This document shows, one piece after another, positions 59,533 to 64,000 of a stretch of DNA of 64,000 nucleotides. The stretch spans positions 2,666,001 through 2,730,000 of the forward strand of contig CATNEN010000001.1 of NCBI GenBank assembly GCA_950097015.1. The letters are read 5' to 3'. Position numbers and translations under genes: made by a program. The stretch comes from Macrostomum hystrix. Its lineage: Eukaryota; Animalia; Platyhelminthes. Position 1 is the stretch's first letter. Each line of letters opens with the position of its first letter. The notes beneath the pieces are model-generated. The model made no database searches and was not told the DNA's origin. It saw only the letters and a program-made list of their open reading frames with translations.

Positions 59533-61442
59533 CACCTTTTTGCGTTCAATTTCAACAAAGCTGAAGTTCAATTTAGACAATTCGAAATTCAAATTCGACA
59601 CTCTATTTTTGGTTTCCAACTCGACCTTTCAATTTAGACAACCTGCAACCAAATTCGCCAGTGCATATTCAATTTAGACACTTCCCGAAAGACACTGTCA
59701 ATGTCTATGGTAAAAAGCGACCACGGGGCTAAAATTCCATTCAAATTAGACAAACTGCAGTCAATTTCGACCATAGAATTTAAGTTTCTGTACCCGTTTC
59801 GCTCTTCAAACTGTCAGTCCCTTTTTTCAGCGTATATACTTTCCAGTCAATTTTTTTCTGTAAACAAACAAGTGGACACCGAATCTGACGAACTCATTGA
59901 GGAAGAAGGAAGCGGAGAATGGAGCTCTGACATCGAGACTGAAGAGGATGAACAAGAAGAAAGAAGAGGTCCGTATAGAAGGGTCAGTAATGAAGATCGG
60001 CAACGTCTGCTTGACGCGCACGAGAATGGCCAGGATTTCGTCCACCTAGCTCAACTGATGAACATCAAGCGCTCTACTGCATACTCAAGTGTTAGATCTG
60101 GACGGAGGGAGAAGAGACCTAAAGGGGGTAGAAGACGTGTGAAGTTTGACGAAGAGATGGAAAACTACTGCGCCGAACTACTGGAAGACAATGCACTCTT
60201 GACACTAGTTGAGATAGGAGGGCACTTGCAAGCGCGATTTCCGCAGAAGCCGGTGGTTTCGTTGACAACACTAAGTCGGCATCTCGAAGGCTGCTTATAC
60301 ACCGTCAAGCTCGTACGCGACACACCAACTGAGAGGAATTCGCCGGCTGTGCTGACTGAGCGAGTGGCGTTCTGTACGTGGTGGTGTTCTGCTGAAGTGA
60401 TCAATGCACCCAAAGTGTACATTGACGAATTCGGATTCGAGTCTTGGATGCGCCGCCAGCAAGGAAGGGCTGTCCGAGGCCGAAGAGCGTACCGCAAAGT
60501 GGCTGGACAGAAGGGTCCGCGTGTCACCATCTGTTTGGCCATGTCGCCTCAAATCGGAGTCGTCCATTACCAGTCATACACTCGAGGCATGACCAAGGAA
60601 CGATTCGCTGAATTTTTGCAGATTTCGATGGGAAATGTCCATATGACTTGGCCGGATCAGCAAGTTTACATGATATTCGACAACGTCAGCAGTCATAAGG
60701 ATGCCGAGCTACAGGAGGTCGACAATGCAATCGAATTTAAGCGACTTCCACGATACAGTCCTTTCCTGACACCGGTTGAGAGCGCAATCTCATCATGGAA
60801 ATCGGCCATCAAGCGCGAGCTCAATGGGAACCGCGAGCTGTTCATCAATCCTACAATGGAGGCCCGGGCAGGTCGAACTTTGGTGGAATATCGCCGTGAT
60901 GAACTGGCCCGCTTGGCAGATATCACCCTGAACGACAGCGTCACACGGGAAAAGTGTCTCGAATGGTATAACCACTGCTTTACCTTCATCCCAAGGTGCC
61001 TTCAGTTGGCGCCAATCAACGGTGACTGACGAGAGTACATGTACTTCTTTTCACAAACCGACTTTGAGTTTGCGTTCGACTCAGACTTCGACTAAGACGT
61101 TTGTTTAAGTTCCCCTAACAGTTTTATGCGTTGACTTGATAACCAGGCCTTACCATCGTTGTTAACACATATATATATATATATAAGTTTGAGGTCGATA
61201 CTTGTCGAAATTGACTGCAGTTTGTCTAATTTGAATGGAATTTTAGCCCCGTGGTCGCTTTTTACCATAGACATTGACAGTGTCTTTCGGGAAGTGTCTA
61301 AATTGAATATGCACTGGCGAATTTGGTTGCAGGTTGTCTAAATTGAAAGGTCGAGTTGGAAACCAAACATAGAGTGTCGAATTTGAATTTCGAATTGTCT
61401 AAATTTAACTTCAGCTTTGTTGAAATTGAACGCAAAAAGGTG
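59533..61442 (+). mobile_element. IS630/Tc1/mariner-superfamily DNA transposon (Gambol-like), 239-bp TIRs, TA TSD
   Basis: 59533-59771 and 61204-61442 are near-identical inverted repeats with recurring CAATTTAGACA sub-repeats; TA at 59531-32 and 61443-44. Confidence 0.95.
59872..61029 (+). CDS. DDE (IS630/Tc1-like) transposase, uninterrupted frame, start uncertain
   Basis: HTH region (VHLAQLMNIKRSTAYS), VYIDEFGF, MIFDNVSSH, LPRYSPFLTPVE. Confidence 0.88.
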   Translation: MDTESDELIEEEGSGEWSSDIETEEDEQEERRGPYRRVSNEDRQRLLDAHENGQDFVHLAQLMNIKRSTAYSSVRSGRREKRPKGGRRRVKFDEEMENYCAELLEDNALLTLVEIGGHLQARFPQKPVVSLTTLSRHLEGCLYTVKLVRDTPTERNSPAVLTERVAFCTWWCSAEVINAPKVYIDEFGFESWMRRQQGRAVRGRRAYRKVAGQKGPRVTICLAMSPQIGVVHYQSYTRGMTKERFAEFLQISMGNVHMTWPDQQVYMIFDNVSSHKDAELQEVDNAIEFKRLPRYSPFLTPVESAISSWKSAIKRELNGNRELFINPTMEARAGRTLVEYRRDELARLADITLNDSVTREKCLEWYNHCFTFIPRCLQLAPINGD

Positions 61443-62642
61443 TACTACTGTAGTCAGAGTCGATAAAATTACTAAAAAGTAAGAAAATGGTCATAACTTT
61501 TTTTCTCCAAAAGATATTGAGCTCGGACCGCCTAGAATGAATTTCCCGTCCGAAAATAGTCTAGAAAACACAGTACCAAATAGTATGGAAGCAGTAGCTA
61601 GCAATCGGCTAGGTACTTAAAATGTTTTCACATGTATTTCGTCAAATTTTCTAGCTGACTTTCCAGGTTAATACGTTCGAGTAGAAATCATTTGTAATCA
61701 TGAAACCAACTCAGTCGTGTAGGAAATCGTTTCTAGATTGATTTCCAATCGAATCCGACTCTACAAACTGTTCTCAAATCTATTGGGACCCTTATACTAC
61801 TACCCATACTACCATATACTACTGACAGTAGCGGGGTTCGAAAAAGTGCCTCAATTATGTAAAAATGCCTGTAACTATTTTATTTCGACTCGGACAAGCT
61901 TAGGGACGTCGAAATTCGACTTTACATGTCGAAGTACATCGGAATAGGTGTACTTGAATTATTTTTTAAGTATCTGGCCAAATCTCGGTTGTTGGGGGTT
62001 TTTGAGTTTGACTAGCCACTTTAGCAGTCACTAGGAACCAATGAAAAATGCCAACCACATGTGACATTGATTTCGGACAAACGCACGTCGATAGAGCATG
62101 TCTAGAGCTTTCTAACGACACCAAAATCGTCGAGAAATACCCACCAGAAGGCTGTCAAATGATGTTTAGAGTGTCAGAGGTACCTCATAATGGATCAACC
62201 TCGTATCGAAATTAATCAACATGATCAAGCCTGAAGTTGCATATGTTAAATTATATTTAACGAAAACAAAAAAGGAAATTAAAACAGTAAGCGAGGGAGA
62301 GCAAAATAACTGCGCGCCGAAGCTAAATAAAAAGATAATTTGTAGATAATTTAAATTTGCACAACAAAACGAATAGGCAGATAGAATATATTACTAGGCG
62401 ATAATAAAGCAGGGCAGTAAAGCGTGCCTTTTCCCTGCTAGAAGGAGCAAATTTGTCTGCCTTTTCCCTCCTGAGTGGAATGTTACTTGCCTTACTTCAA
62501 GTAGGAAAGTAAGTACAAATAATACAAAATAAACAAGGTACCACTATCAACATTGTTGAAACATAGCGGCAACATTAGAGAAGCACGGCAATATAAAGAC
62601 AACAATGTCAATGTTGCTTCAACATAAGCTGGCAGTAAGGGT

Positions 62643-62880
62643 CTGCGATGTCATTGGCGCCCCCATCTGCGATGTCATTGGTGCCCCTATCTGCGATGCC
62701 ATTGGTGCCCCTATCTGCGATGTCATTTGCGCCCCCATCTGCGATGTCATTGGTGCCCCTATCTGCGATTCCATTGGCGCCCCTATCTGCGATGTCATTG
62801 GTGCCCCTATTTGCGATGTCATTGGTGCCCCTATCTGCGATGTCATTGGTGCCCCTATCTGCGATGTCATTGGCGCCCCG
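62643..62880. repeat. 24-bp minisatellite (ATCTGCGATGTCATTGGTGCCCCT) x10
   Basis: Directly visible; followed by a hAT-like MITE terminus (ggatccgccactg, ends 62919). Confidence 0.95.
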
Positions 62881-64000
62881 ACAGTCCGCCCCCAAACAGA
62901 ATTCCTGGATCCGCCACTGTTCCGCATGGATGATGCTGTACATTACTCCTGGAACATAAAAAATTAAATGCCAGTCTGGGCTCAAAATACGTTCATGAGT
63001 TCGTGGACGTTCTACTTTAAATTAGGGCTTGGAAGCACGAATTTAAAGGAAACTTGTAACTTTTTTCTTGTGCACAGGAGGTCGGAATACGGAGACAAAT
63101 AAATATGTAAGAAAAGGCATATTCTGAATTTTAATGGCTTAAAATTGCCAGAAACGTTTTTTTCATAACAAATTCGTAAAATGCATCATTTGCTAACTGT
63201 TGTGTGTAGCGTGTATTTTGTTTCCGAATCACCTCCAGAGCAACAAAATGACTATTTGCTTTGCTCTGAATCCCTGCTTTCAGCATTTCGCTCCCCGTTT
63301 GCAGAACGAAAAAATAGCACAAATAGAAAAGACAAAATTATAAAAAATTATTAAGCCTTCAACTTGAAAATGCAGCTTTATATTTTGTACTCTATGTTCT
63401 TACATTTTAGGTTTTCTATTTTAAGGCAAGAAAATTTTACCATCAAAATACTGACTGGCTTACAATTTATTCCTGATAAGATGGTCACTTTGAAAATCAG
63501 CTCAACCGTACTTTTCAAAAGTTTCGCTCCAGAATCGGGATTTTAGGGCAATGATATGCTTGCAGATAGTGACCTGTCTTCATGCGCACTGGGCATTTAG
63601 CTTCTGTTTCACTGGAAGATATCAGGACAGTCGCTAATGACTGGTACACAACGGTTTGCCTTCCTAAAGTCTTTTGTGCTGTGAGGCGGCTAAAGTGCTA
63701 AATGTAGTGAGCGAGACAAGTCAGCCAGTGTCAATTCCACTTAAAAGCTCCAGCCCTCCAAAACGGGCGTGCAATGCTTTATATATTTACTCAATCAATG
63801 CATGTACATTAAAGAGGTGTCATTGGCATGTACATTGCGCAATCACCATTAAGCAATACTAGCAATCGGCCCACAGCACCAATATTAAAGTTCGCTACGT
63901 CACAACACTGAAAGTGTGATTGCTTCTGAACCACGACAACGCCAGTGAGAAACAAAAATCGAGTTTCGCGAATATATCGCTATCGAGTTTCTGGTTGGCT

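Noticed and set aside
61092-61274. Minus-strand ORF with the same N-terminus as the transposase ORF
   Set aside because: Mirror image produced by the TIR.
59490-61790. 25-bp direct repeat (aaactgt.ctcaaatctattgggac) on both sides of the Tc1-like element
   Set aside because: Not adjacent to the TIRs, so not its TSD; most likely an internal repeat of an older host element.

Overview
Eukaryotic, intron-rich, repeat-dense animal DNA. The simple-repeat load, CAG/polyQ tracts and SINE style suggest a flatworm such as Macrostomum, but that is inference only. The left 43 kb holds host genes: a 5'-incomplete stomatin/MEC-2-like gene (6 visible exons, +), an orphan ~896-aa Q/A/S-rich gene (-), a divergent nicotinic-type Cys-loop channel subunit lacking loop-C vicinal cysteines (+), a frameshifted ALK/LTK-type glycine-rich-domain gene (-) and an intact CYP2-clan P450 (+). 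These are interspersed with two tRNA-derived SINE families, several MITEs and large micro/minisatellites. The right ~20 kb is a nested transposon graveyard: decayed Gypsy, an intron-bearing P element, CMC-like fragments, a Ngaro/DIRS-type retroelement and a near-intact IS630/Tc1-type element with DD32E spacing. The most striking signal is a 183-bp insert in the P element, flanked by a 22-bp target-site duplication. It begins exactly with a well-formed HDV-like ribozyme fold and ends in a 2A (StopGo)-like peptide motif. Also notable are a -1 frameshift heptamer plus pseudoknot at the Ngaro gag/RT junction, and an HDV-core-like module in the body of the common SINE.
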